64,000 bases of DNA, taken from positions 3,348,001 through 3,412,000 of the forward strand of contig NW_026781942.1 in the NCBI RefSeq assembly GCF_031769215.1, written 5' to 3'. The stretch is from Ylistrum balloti. Lineage: Eukaryota. The position numbers were made by a program, and so were the translations under genes. A model generated the notes under the pieces. That model searched no databases, had not been told where the DNA came from, and was given only the letters and a program-made list of their open reading frames with translations. Within the stretch, counting starts at the first letter, position 1, and each line of letters begins with the position of its first letter. Positions 12,251 through 25,094 of this stretch are shown here, in pieces.

Positions 12251-14109
12251 CATGCCCAGTGTTACCTCCCCTATTTAGTAAAGATAAATAAATAGATTGA
12301 AAATGATGCAAATAAATTAACTAAATAATGATAAAGATATATATATATTTTTACAGTTTTTGCTTCAATTACGATCATGAAATTAATCGCATCTGTGTAA
12401 ATAGAAGAAGGCGTTAACTAACGTTGTTCGAAATTCCCAAAACAGGGGCGTAGCTAGACCAGCAGAAAATGTGTAAGCCCAGGCGAGTGGTCTGAATTTC
12501 ATAATTTTAAAGATGTTTTGAATCGTTTTCTGAGACAGTTTTTTATTGACTTAACAACAAACTTCAACCCCTGATATTTATTTTCAACCTTAGTTTTGTA
12601 ATTTTGTCCGACATACTCTTTGCACGGATTTTTTTATGTGTAAGCCCGGGCTTTAAGTTGTTTCTATGGAATATACACTCGTGCAAAAGATATATTTTGA
12701 GCAGGAGTAATGAGTGTTGAATACACTCGCATCGATATCATCCGAGGTTGGTACATCACCTTCCACAAATAAATGCAATAAGCAATATTTACTTTTTAAT
12801 CCATGACAGTATGTTCTATTAGAAAATTTATTTATTTATTTATTTATTTATTTTTGACGGACATATAGGAAACTTTTTTTTTCAAAGCTTATCAATTTTC
12901 TTTTGTTGCACAGATTTCTAGACGAGTTTGTTTCAGACACAGGTATATTTTCCAGATAGTCTTGTCATAGGGAAACCTACCCGTTGCCTGATGACAAGTC
13001 CACGTTTCAGTGACGTTCTCTAACTGCTCGTGTCTATAAACAGGTAACCTACAATTTTCATTTTGTTTTCTTAATCAGCTATATTGTTTAAAATTTATTT
13101 TTTCCACCTCTAGTAGTTATTTACTACGACTGATTAATTAAACATTATATATAACACAATGTTGTTTAGTATTACGTATAGTTTTTTCATACCTTCTACG
13201 TTCAATGGTCGAGTTCTGCTGTCTGTTAGAGGACCGGAGGCTGTTGACAAAATCTCACGGCTGATTTTATTTTTTGTTTTAAACAAAACCGACATCCTCG
13301 CTAGTTTTAGGGGCTATTTTGACACTTCTCCTCTATTTGGTGTCAGCGGCCAGTGGTCAGTGGTCGCGTGGGATCGTGTCATGTTTAGTTAACACCAATT
13401 AGACATAGCAACAGCTGCTTGCCAAGTCATTTTCACACTTCTTTGTTAAACTTCTTTTCTTGTTTTCGTTTGATTTGTTCAAGTCAGTAACTAGTGTGCG
13501 TTTTTCATACCACTGAAGTTATGGACAATATAGAATTTGGATTTTTATTCCTACTGTTTCGACGGAAAACTTCTTGAAACATCAAGCCATGATTGTGCAT
13601 GTAATGTTTCATTTTGTGCATGGTACGATGATCGCCTTCGGTCATTTTGGATAATGACACTTGAAGTTTGTTAGGCTCTACCAGTATTTCTCAAAAATAA
13701 GAAAGATAAAAAAAACACTAAAGAGACATTTTAAAATCTTTTTAGCATTCCACACAAGCAGGGTGGCTGACAGTGGCAGTTTACATTTTGATTTTGACAT
13801 TTGAAGTTTGTCGCAAGTTTTAAGAACAAGTGTAGGGATCTTCTGCAAATTGTATGGGAGTCATCACATGTTCACGATGGGTAACATTAAGTTATGTATC
13901 CACATTTCACCGAGTAACACATTGAAGGATCGTTGCATGTCATCCAGAGAAATAAGGATAAGATGTTCTACCAAATAAACACAGACTTGTGCCTTTCTCG
14001 GATAACGCGGATACACTGTAAATGCCACGGACAGGGAGTGCTGAGGAAAACAAAGTGGACGAATACATGTATTTCATTTGGTTATTTTTTACATACTTGA
14101 GACTAACCA

Positions 14110-14667
14110 AAACAGCAAAGTAATCACACATGAAATTTGAAAAAGACCTATGCAGTATTTCTCCAGAAATAGCGATAACAAAATTTCAAAGTCAAAATAC
14201 CAGATGGCCGCCTGTCGGCTACTTTGTTTTGCTGATCAGAACCAAAATCAAATGTTCACAATTATCGAGCAAGGGAAACATACATTTGAAGTTTAAGAAA
14301 TATCCGTAGAGTACTTCTCAAGAAATAGCGATAACAAACTTGCAAATTCAAAATCAAAGATGGCCATCTGTCGGACATTTCGTATTTTTGGCCAGTTCCA
14401 AAATTAAATGAGCACAATTAGGGACAAAGGGGAACTTACAATGAAATTTAAGAGCAATCCGTCCTGTATTTCTTAAGAAATAGCGATAACAAACTTTCAA
14501 AGTCAAAATCCAAGATGGTCACCTGTCTGCCATGTTGGCCCAAATCTCATGGACACAACTAGAGGCCAAGGACAACCTACATATGAAATTTGAGAGAGAT
14601 TTGAGACGACGGACCACGGACGTAGGGTAATTTGAACAGTCCACCATCTGATGAGTGTGGGCTAAAA
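14110..14667 (+). mobile_element. HINE-like element with three ~155 bp core repeats
   Basis: agaaatagcgataacaaa...caaaat..aagatgg(c/t)c at 14165, 14321 and 14476. Tail gacgacggaccacggacg...ccaccatctgatgagtgtgggctaaaa. Confidence 0.6.
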
Positions 14668-15164
14668 TATAATAAAACTACTAAATTAGGTAAAACCCGT
14701 CCACTGTAGACGCCATATTTGTATTACAATTACTAATTCACCGCACTTCAAGAAATAAGCAAAAAATGCGTCGCTGTTTTATCGATTATGTTGTAACCTG
14801 GCGATTGATTTTATAAATAGTCGGAATATGTGGTTTGGATTAATATGAGAACGTATAGGCTGAAACAGAAAAACAGGGAAAATGTCAATTAGGCTGCACC
14901 ACTGGAACATGTATAGCAAAATTGAAGGCTCAAGCGAAGTTTAAAGTTGATTAGTTCCAGGAGAAAAAGAAGTGACCAATCACAGACTGATATCTTCCTT
15001 TTGAAGATTACAAACCAGCGACAACCAACTTCAAACCCATTACAATATACCATTATGCGACCTCGAAATTCGTTTGATGTGCAAAGGATCAAACTAGTCT
15101 TTTCGTCTTGTCCACAAGGTGTCGCATATGGAACCATCAGTTTTGCCATTATATGTTCCAGTCG

Positions 15165-15690
15165 TGCAGAGTGCGAAAGTGATCATAACCCTGGAGTATC
15201 GAGGATGGTTCCAGGGGTGCAGAGAGCGAAAGTGATCATAACCCTGGAGTATCGAGGATGGTTCCAGGGGTGTAAAGAGCGACAGTGACCGTAAACCCTG
15301 GAGTATCGAGGATGGTTCCAGGGGTGTAGAGAGGGATAGTGACTGTAACCCCTGGAGTATCAAGGTGGTTCCAGGGGTGCAGAGTGCGAAAGTGATCATA
15401 ACCCTGGAGTATCGAGGATGGTTCCAGGAATGCAGAGAGCGAAAGTGATCATAACCCTTGGAGTATCGAGGATGGTTCCAGGAATGCAGAGAGCGAAAGT
15501 GATCATAACCCTGGAGTATCGAGGATGGTTCCAGGGGTGCAGGGTGCGAAAGTGACTGTAACCCCTGGTGTATCGAGGATGGTTCCAGGAATGCAGAGAG
15601 CGAAGGTGATAGTAACCTCTGGAATATCGAGGACCATTCCAGGAATGCAGAGAGCGAAAGTGATCGTAACCCTTGGAGTATCGAGGATGT
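15165..15690. repeat. GC-rich 53-54 bp minisatellite, ~10 copies, each with an internal inverted repeat
   Basis: Unit gatcataaccctggagtatcgaggatggttccaggggtgcagagagcgaaagt (copies at 15181, 15234, ...). CCCTGGA/TCCAGGG arms around a 14 nt loop. Confidence 0.95.
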
Positions 15691-16969
15691 ATGTACACTT
15701 ACAATACTTAAAGGCATGGATCTGAAATATGAGGTTCCCATAAAGAAACTGATATGGACAAAATACATACGATGTTCCATACAGTGTGGGGATCCCGCGT
15801 GACTTTTTAGTATCGTACATTTGATTAGATTAATGTCTAATAAAGTGGTTTTTTAAAAGAGATACTCGATGAACGGATTTCAGCTCACGGCATACGCCAG
15901 AGTACCATACAAATTTCCCCCCACAAACACGGTGATATGTTGTGTTAAAGGTATCTTTTTTATCTACCGTTTATACATTTCGACACATAGATCAAATTAT
16001 CTTCATGTCACTATTAATAGTTTTAACCGTTAAAAAATGATTAAAACAAACATTTGGATACCTAAAAAGATAAAAACAAACTGATTTTGAGTTCATTAAG
16101 TATGAAAGTTCTCGGTAAATTATTTAATTATTGTTTTCTAAATGACTTTCACCTTTGACGATGCCATGACAAGACGGAAGACTACTTAGTCGTTTCCATT
16201 CATCGTTGATTTTCGAGCAACTATCATAACGTAATTTCTTCCGGATAGAAACAGTTATATAACATGTACATCACAACAGGATTCCATACAGTATAGAAAA
16301 AGTAAGGAATCCCATATACACACATATGTGCACACACACATGTAGCAGCACACACAAAGACAAGGAAAAGTTCATACGCACACTCCACAAACATATATTA
16401 CATGTATCAGATCGTGAAAAAGTACCGGAAGTCATTTGATTAAGTTTCTAAACTAATAACACACATATGTATTTAGTAGTCTATTGAATCAAACCCTTAG
16501 TAACAAAACTGCATTGTAAAAGACACCCGTGAAACATTGAATTATATATAAGTAGAAATGATCCGAGCTTAATTTACATACGTAAACTATGCAGTCGTAT
16601 ATATCAGTATCAACAGAGACCAGCCTAAGATTGTACAACGAAAACACTTATACTCTTTACCAGTTGTGAAGTGTCAAAATTTGAAATGACCTCTGGTTGC
16701 CCTCTGGGATGTCTTAAACAAATCCAAAGTATTGTGTGCGCAGTGAGGACTCTTCCTCATCTTGTCCATAAAGATGAATTTTTAGTTGTGATAAATGAAG
16801 GGTTATCCTAGAACTGACTGACAAACGGACATTTGACGAAACAGTAGACGCCTATCATCGAAGTTGGTCCTTGTGGTACTAACTATATCGGTTTGTCTAT
16901 CTACAATTTATTATAGATTCTATTTATTTCACAACAATTAAAAACGAGTGCCATTAATTTATACTTATC

Positions 16970-17113
16970 AGTCTTCTTGTTGGCCCGGATTGAGGCATTT
17001 CAGGGGTCTTACTGAGGAAGGAGACGCCATTCCCTTTTGCGTTCAGTTGGGGAATTGAACTCCGATCACCTAGGTCAAAGACGAGAACGTTACCGCTGCG
17101 CTGTCCGACACCC
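16970..17113 (-). mobile_element. tRNA-derived SINE fragment / tRNA-like pseudogene
   Basis: Minus strand ggacagcgcagcggtaacg (A-box-like) ... ggagttcaattcccc (B-box-like) at tRNA spacing. No intact cloverleaf. Confidence 0.5.
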
Positions 17114-18680
17114 ACTTGTTATCTTTTTTAGAAGTCGCCGATGGATCCTTCCCAAATTTCATAATTATGTAACTTCTTGTCCATTTGTTGTGCTCTGTGG
17201 ATTTTAGGACAGACCAGAAAAACAAAATTGATGACAGGCGACCATCTTCGATTTGATGGTCAAATATTACTATCATTTCTCGTAAGGAAGTTTCAAATTT
17301 CATATAATAAGGAAAAGAACCAATTTTCAAAGACCAAATAATGATACGACCACAGTGGGCGCCAATGGTACAGAATACTGCTAAAAATACTAAGGACATC
17401 AACTATTTATTGGCGGATATTTGTAGAATCAAAACGAAACTAGAGATGAATATATTGATATAAGTTTGGTGATAAAGCAAACCAAAGTGTTAAGAAATCA
17501 AAACTGAGGGAGAAAAATGTCTGTACAAGATTAAAATGATATTGAATCTCAATACTGGAAGGAATTCATGACGGCATATTTCAATATCTTGGTAGTAAAC
17601 CCATTCAATTTCCGAAGATGTCATTTGAAAACTGCGGAAGGAGATCTCCAAATAAGATTGACATGGTGAAAAAGCAAGAGGTAGATGACTCCTCCAAAAA
17701 TGATCGAACCGAAATGTTGTTCAGGAAAACAAAATTCTGTGTCAGTTATAAATCATACAATGTTTGAAACAGGTTGGCAGGAAACAAAATGGATATCTCT
17801 GCTCAATCAACATAATGTTGTCTTGTCTTTAAATTGTAAGATTTTTTGTACTATGTCCCGGTACAAGGACCCTGTCTTTTGTCAGCGAATCAGTCGCCTA
17901 CCTCGTTCTGATACTAACGCCCCCAACAGACATACATCTGTAATTCTTAAACGCTTGTTTCAATGGTAGTAACCAACCTGCTGTCTCAATGTATAGAGTG
18001 TATGTCTGATTGTGTGTGCCGTGTCAATAGCTGACGTGGATATAACGCGAAGATATTTTCATACACCAAATTTATCTTCAATTATTAATTCAAATCGGAA
18101 CACATATTTCTTATACAAAATATCATCGCATTTACGTGAAAATTCTATTCCTCGGCGATTTCCTCGAGCCGAAATCGATTGATCATCACTTAAAAACGGC
18201 TTTCACTAGATAATAACCCAGATATCTTATCAAATACTACTCTTGGGGCATTATGCGACAATTTTAATACGATCCATTGCTGACCATGAGAGTGGGAGCA
18301 AAAATACATTAATTGGGCACCGACTTTGCAAAACTCGTGAAAGCATCGGTAGTTCTTAGCTTGCATTGAACTTTCGCGTTGTTTTTCCTCGGTTAACTGT
18401 GCTACGTGATGCAAACAAACTGGCCAGTGTTTTGTTCAAGAAAATCAGTCTTTATGAGTATAGACCCTGTTCAGGTTATTCGGTTATATGATTCATTGAC
18501 AGGTAGGAGATATCCCATATTGGGCCCCGTTTCCTCCGTCGAATAATTTAACCAATAGAAACGTCCGTTACATATTGACTTCAGTGGTGAGTACTTCCTT
18601 TCCAATTTTGCTCACACACCCAACTTTGAAGTCTTCGGCATATAAATTTCGCCCCAGAACTGCCGCCTTTCCATGCAATC

Positions 18681-21600
18681 ATGATTTTGCTGGAAATACA
18701 GAATCGTATTGTAGAAGAAACACTCACACTGAAAATCAAGAATGCCTTAGAAGGGTAAGTAATTGAAATATTGAAAATATTAGTCACCGGTGTTAAACTG
18801 ACTTCCGTCTTCATTGAGGACAGTGTCGCCGAGCTAAAGAATATACAACTGAAGTATAACAGCAGATAACCATCGATACGATATGTTATTGTTGTTATGC
18901 TATTTAAAACAATGACAACTATCCTACCTAGTAGGTTTTCTTTTATCGCCTGATTTTACACCGTCATGAAGTTATTTCCTTCCCTTTTCCTGTTTGTTTC
19001 TGTAATATGAAATTTAACACGGCCGATCACATGATTATGTTCAGTGCATACACAGACTTTGCGTGGAGATACTCTAACAATATATGCACAGTATAGGTTT
19101 TATTATGAAATTCTCAATTCTGCGATTTATTTTTCACGTTTTTTCTCTTTGTGCGTGTTAAATAATGGTATGAAAATAATTTTCATTTCAGTGGTAAACC
19201 TGAAGCTATTGACATAACTATTGCAGGTAATGTATAATTTATCTTTCAGACTGAAGGTTTCTGACTATCAATCTGTGATTCTATTTCTGTCTTGGTTGGG
19301 GTTAATTATCAGAATTTCTCCTTATATAAAAAATGCCAAAGTTTAGTAACTTGTGTATGGGTCACCATTCAGGCAATGTTTTATACAGTATACAAAGGAC
19401 AATAGTTGTGAATCATTCATTGATGGAAACATAAAGCGTTCTACTAACATTCATATGTGAAAAAGTAATAGAATGTTGCCAATTAAGTATTTCTACTCAT
19501 TTTTCTTAACAACTTTACTTTTCAGCATATTTACAATGGCCAACACTATACAGTCTCTCTCTAGACTTGTTCTTGTAAGCCTATTATTTCCGCTAATCTC
19601 ATGAGAGTTTACTTTGTGATAGATTTACAAGGATAACTCTAGAAAGGTTCAGTACAGTGGCAGTCATTGTAAATATGCTTGAAAATAAAGTTGTATGGAA
19701 AATTAATGGAAATACTTAGGCATCAGTGTGAATCTGCTACCTTGGTCTCTTTACAGCAGTGACCTTATTAATTTGACAATTTTCCTTTATTAGTGGCATT
19801 TGCATGAAATATTCCAACAAAAGAAAAAATCTAAAATACCTGAGAAGAACCTAGCTAGAACACATTGTAGCTTCACATTACTAAAGGAAGTATTTCCTTA
19901 TCAGCCATTGACACATATCAGAGAAAATATGATGTCAAATATTCCATCAAGTTAAAGAAAACATCAGAGAGAAGTTTTGATTTCAGCCTAGGTATATAGC
20001 ATCTCTCTAAGAATACAATTTCTATTCTGTTATTTTGTGAACGTAGATGGTGAAATATCTAGGAGAAGGGTAACTTTATCAACAATCTTGAAACTTGAAC
20101 TGAATAGTTGTGGTAAGATTTATTTTTTATCTTCAATAAAACATCAGTTCTGAACTCCTCGTGTAGGCACTCATAAAACAAGTTCTCTTATATGTAATAC
20201 TTGGCAACTAAGGCAATGATAAACGTCTTACTTAATGAATCTAATTTTTTTTCTCCGTTTCAGATTTTGATGGTGTCTTATATCACATATCAAATCCTGA
20301 GAATGACAAGTCCAAAGTCAGAGTAAGAAGATTCCATAGTTTTTCAAACTGTTCTTGTTCAACAATATTACAGTTCAAACTGCCATTTTCAATGAATTGC
20401 TGATGGCATCATTTTAATTTTCCTTTTTTTTACATTCATCAACGACACAAATATTATGGTATACTGTACGTGTCTGTGTCGAAAAATGAGTCATGACATT
20501 ATTACATGTTTGAAACTTAAATTTTTTGCAGTAATTTTTGGTTAAAGTTTTGGAGCAGCTTTTTTTCACGGGTCTACAGTTCAGTCAGATACTTTGTTAT
20601 TTTCCTAATTCTTAGCATGGATGTTAATATGGGGACTAACCATAACAAAATGGATTTGATTTATGATTTTTTTTTTTAATTTCTTAACCATTTGAAACTT
20701 TACATTTTATTGATCCTGGCTGACCCCCAAGGGCTGGTGGGTGGGTCAAAAAGGGTTGATTGGTCTTAAATTTACAACAAAAAAAAATTGTCAACACCCA
20801 AATATGGTAGAATCAAACACTCTTCCTTGTTGGAAGGATCTTAAGGTGTTTTGTGGAAATGGTGAATTTCATGACCTCTGGGTCTTGTTTTTCTCCCTGG
20901 GAAGGAGGTGAAGTTTACTATAGTTTTTACAGGAAAATTATTTTTTTTAGCATAATGTTATTTCTCATTGGAAATATCTTGGTAAGAATAATGAGTATAG
21001 GATGACAGTTTTGATGGTATGCATATATTGACATTGGATTTCTATCATCAATGTCATGCAATTCATTTTTCATGGAACTTGAAAGCTACTTACCCTTTAA
21101 GCTTTATATTCAGTATTGCTTATCTCAGGTGACTCTCAAGGCCCCTAGGCCTCTTATTACTGTGCCCTAAAAAATGAGTGAAATTGGCAGTTTGAAAATC
21201 TTCTTGATAAAGAAAAAGCCCAAAAGTGTGTCTAGTTCATTGTGTCTTGTTTTTATGTCAGTTATCGTGAACTGTAAATGGTAAAAGACAGAACCGTAAA
21301 AACTTTGTCATTTTGATTTGTGTTAATAGAACATATGTTTATGATTATTTGCAGGTCAGCATATCATTGAAGTTCTACAAGGAATTACAGGAACATGGAG
21401 CTGATGAGGTGTGTTATTTTATCCTTTCTACATTCAGTATCAAAAGCTGATACTGTAATTATACTAAGGAGTATTACAAATGGAATTAACCTAGAATCAA
21501 TTTCTGTGCAATTCTATGAGGGCAGAATCTCTTTAAGATTCATCATAAATAATATGTGATAAGTATGGAAATATCAAATTGTGCAAACCTTGTCTAAATT

Positions 21601-24600
21601 TCCAGTTTATTTGTAATCATTTGAAGAAAGTTTTCCAAAGCTTCAGATTAATCATGATAAACTTGATCATTTGTCTTGGTAAATACATCTTTTTTTTCCT
21701 GGAGACTATTATGTAACACAATGCTGATTACCTCTTTAATGGAATGTGTTTACATTTTATTTCTGTGTGTTAAAGTCTTTTATACATGATACTGTTTTTC
21801 AGAAATTGTTGTTAAATGTTGTATGTAATAATAGTTAACTAGTATTATACCGATTTCTTACCTTCTCCTTGTTAATGACAATTATATAGAATGTCATATA
21901 TACATATCTTTTACGAGCCTTTGATGTGGTCAATATTTTTCTACCAGGTTGATATAACACAATATTGACTGAAATCAAAGGTCCTTAATTTTAAATCATA
22001 TTTGTACCAGTAATTTAATAACTACCTTGTGTATATTCATAAAATAAGTCTGGTATACATATGGTTTGGCTGTTCCAAAATTAAAAACTTGGGAGTCTAT
22101 ATGGCAATTGTTTATCTATTCAGACCAAGAGGAAATCTTTACATGTGTCATATTGTATATTATTTTTCTGATATGATAAATGAAAACCATTAAACTTACC
22201 ATTGTTTCTGTTTACAGTTGATAAAGAGAGAGTATGGGTCCCTGCTGGTGCAAGGAGAAGATGGTATGTTATTATGGCAGAATTTGTTTGGAGATCCTGT
22301 CATTATTGCCTGTTTAAGAATTTCTCTTTTACCACAAGGATATGATTTGTGTTTGATAGATATAGTGTTAACTATAGGAATACAATGATACAAAGAAGTC
22401 AAAGAATTACAAAATCACAAACAACTTTCCACAGGAAGCCATCATCAATAGAAGGGGAAACGAGTCTCTGATGACCAGGATTACATGTACACATCTCTGA
22501 CTACAGGGAAGGATTGATTCAGCACTAATAATAAAAGATGGAACACAATGTTGATTTTCTCACTGATTGTTGTCCTCTTTTGTCAACAGGGTACGATGTG
22601 TCGTTGCTTTTTGATTTGGAGAAACTGCCAGATGATTGGGAGGAAGCCGTACAGAAGGCTGGACTTCTCAAGAGAAATTGTTTTGCATCAGTGTTTGAAA
22701 AATATTTCGCTTTTCAAGAAAAAGGAGAGACTGGAAATAAGCGAGCTGTGATACCATACAGAGATGATGAAACCATGTAAGAATGAAAGATTAACTTTTC
22801 TTCTATAGCAATAAGAATTTACACACAATTAATGGTAAAGTCATATTTTAATTTTGACTCTAATCATTTTATAAGAGGCAATAAATGTGAAATGGGTGTG
22901 TTTGTTGCTTAATTTGATAATTACTTTGTAAATATATTTACCATGTCTTCTGTTGCAACAAGTTGTGTTGGTTTCCTTGGAAGATTCCTAAAGGTTTCCC
23001 TTGTACAGTATTATCACAATGTTGTGACATAAAATTTAGACATCTTGTTAAAAATACAAAACGTGGTTCTGTGTTGTAATATGAAAGTACTGAATTTCTT
23101 GTCACTGTCCGTTAAGTGTGTCAGCTTTTTAAAATAATTGTCACATATTAACTTGTTTCAGGTATGTGGAAGCGCTAAAAGACAGAGTCACCGTGATATT
23201 TAGTACGATTTTTAAAGATGATAGTGATATAATTATAGGCAAAGTATTTATGCAAGTAAGTATCAAACAATTTCAAATAGCAACAGTAATTGAAAACTTT
23301 ATCTTAGGGTCAGTACTTGGATGAAGTAATTATTATTAATAATAACCAATGGTGAACTATAACGTTGTGAAAAAAAATGGAAGGAAACAGGAGTTAACTT
23401 AATCATGAGTTAGTGAAGGCATATTCCTTACTTCACCAGTTTCTACAGTGTTGATGCTCCAGGACCATTCCGTGTTTATGGGTTACTAACATTTTACGGA
23501 ATTATTAGTGCTTACAGTGCTAACATGATAAAAATAAAGTCTTTTGAATTGTAAATTATGAAAGAACATTCTACTAGTTTTTACAACAGTTTACTGTGTA
23601 CTTGGTATGACACTTTTTATGAATATTTTTTCAGGAATTCAAAGAGGTACGCAGGAAGCATCAACAAGCACCACAGGTGTTATTCACACATCGAGAACCT
23701 CCTGCAGAGCTCCAAGGCACACAGGCCCGTACTGGAGACAACATTGGCTACATCACATTTGGTAAGTAATGACATACTGGATTGAAATCAAACAACTTTT
23801 GAAGGTTATATTTTGGTGAGAGAAAAAAATGGTATTTTCTGAAGAATTTCTCTATGTCTTCAATATTACATGCTTTTTAAACATTTTGACATTATGTTAG
23901 TAAGAATGTCTTTTCTTCTGTGAAGGTGTGTTATATTTTTATGGTTTTATGGTTGGAGTTTATAGTTTTATATGCTATCCGCATCTTGTCCTTTATTGAA
24001 ATCATCACTAACAATTTCCACTTCAAGGATTTCAAATAGAATCACTGGCAGTCAAGTATAGGAAAACTAACAATTGAATTATGTTTCAGGTTTTGAGGTT
24101 ATTTTTATTGAGTAGGTGGCATTAATTTTCAACGCATGTTTAGTTTGAACTTTGTTGAATAGTTCGTTAGTAGGCAGAGACATATTTAAAAAATATTCCA
24201 GTCACACTGTGGAGACCGTTTACATGAGATTCCCTTACCTTTTATGTAAATATCGCCTGAATTATTGTTTACAGTGTTGTTTCCTCGTCACACAAAGCCT
24301 GACTGTCGAGACAATACAATCAATCTCATACACACGCTGAGGGACTACCTTCACTACCACATAAAATGCTCCAAGGTAAGGCCCACAGACTCTTGTCACT
24401 GTAAAATCTCTATCCTTATCAGTTACTTATCATTACCTTCAAATCTGCTAAATGTGTTTCACTCTTAAAATATCTGCAGGTGGAGAATGCATAAAATTTT
24501 TCCTGGATAGTATTTGCTTTTCACTTACTGGAAATATGCTGATAATGTGTTTTACCCAAATCCTGGTTTTTTTCAGAGAGATAAATAACTATTACATGAT

Positions 24601-25094
24601 ATTGTTTAACCTTTGTTATGTTGTTTGCAGGCTTACATTCACTCTCGCATGAGAGCAAAGACATCTGACTTCCTCAAAGTGTTAAACAGAGCTAGACCAG
24701 AACCTCAGAAGGATAGAGAAAGGAAAACAGTCACGTATGTATACCTAGTTATTTAATCATGATTTATAGTTGTCTGTCAGTGACAAACCCAATTTGAATG
24801 AAGTACTTGTTTACCTCAAATAAAAGTTAAATTTCCACAAAGCTTTATGATGTAATTGTTAACTAACACTAATTACGTACTTGTCTACCTCCTAGTTTAA
24901 AATGAAGAAAAGATGAGCAAAGTACCAACAGAAACTATCTGAAGATGTTTAAATATACCTAGCTGGCAAGGAGACATCAGATCTTGTTGTGATCAATGTT
25001 TTTGATATTACAGACAAATTTACTGTACCAGTATCTAGTTAACTAAAACTGCAACATTATTTTTTGCAGAGGAAAGACTTTTAGGCAGAATTAA
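18681..25094 (+). CDS. ARPC2: Actin-related protein 2/3 complex subunit 2 (p34-Arc), complete, 301 aa
   Basis: 11 GT-AG coding exons with matching phases: 18681-18754, 19192-19226, 20264-20322, 21355-21408, 22218-22263, 22590-22776, 23162-23255, 23635-23761, 24275-24375, 24631-24734, 25070-25094 (906 nt incl. TAA). Translation [18 protein letters not shown]...[12 protein letters not shown]...[18 protein letters not shown]...[15 protein letters not shown]...YRDDETMYVE...[45 protein letters not shown]...TGKTFRQN* matches the ARPC2 family throughout. Probable 5'UTR intron 18587-18657. Confidence 0.98.
20600..21156 (-). mobile_element. HINE-like element in ARPC2 intron 3 (left boundary approximate)
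   Basis: Minus-strand 5' signature aataagaggcctaggggccttgagagtcacctgag at 21156-21122, followed by the typical core (aaatttggttgg/gaccccagg-type motifs). Confidence 0.5.

Noticed and set aside
13335-13385. tRNA A-box-like tggtcagtgg and a nearby RFX half-site (catagcaac, ~13404)
   Set aside because: No B-box, no cloverleaf and only a half X-box; insufficient to call a feature.
15165-15690. CRISPR-like appearance (palindromic repeats at regular spacing); the same was considered for 32389-33016 and 37210-38235
   Set aside because: The inter-palindrome segments are conserved rather than unique spacers, there are no cas genes, and the context is eukaryotic and intron-rich.
17070-17402. 110 aa minus-strand ORF
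   Set aside because: Overlaps repeat-derived sequence (gaagatggtcgcc HINE-type core and the SINE head); no domain and no splice support.
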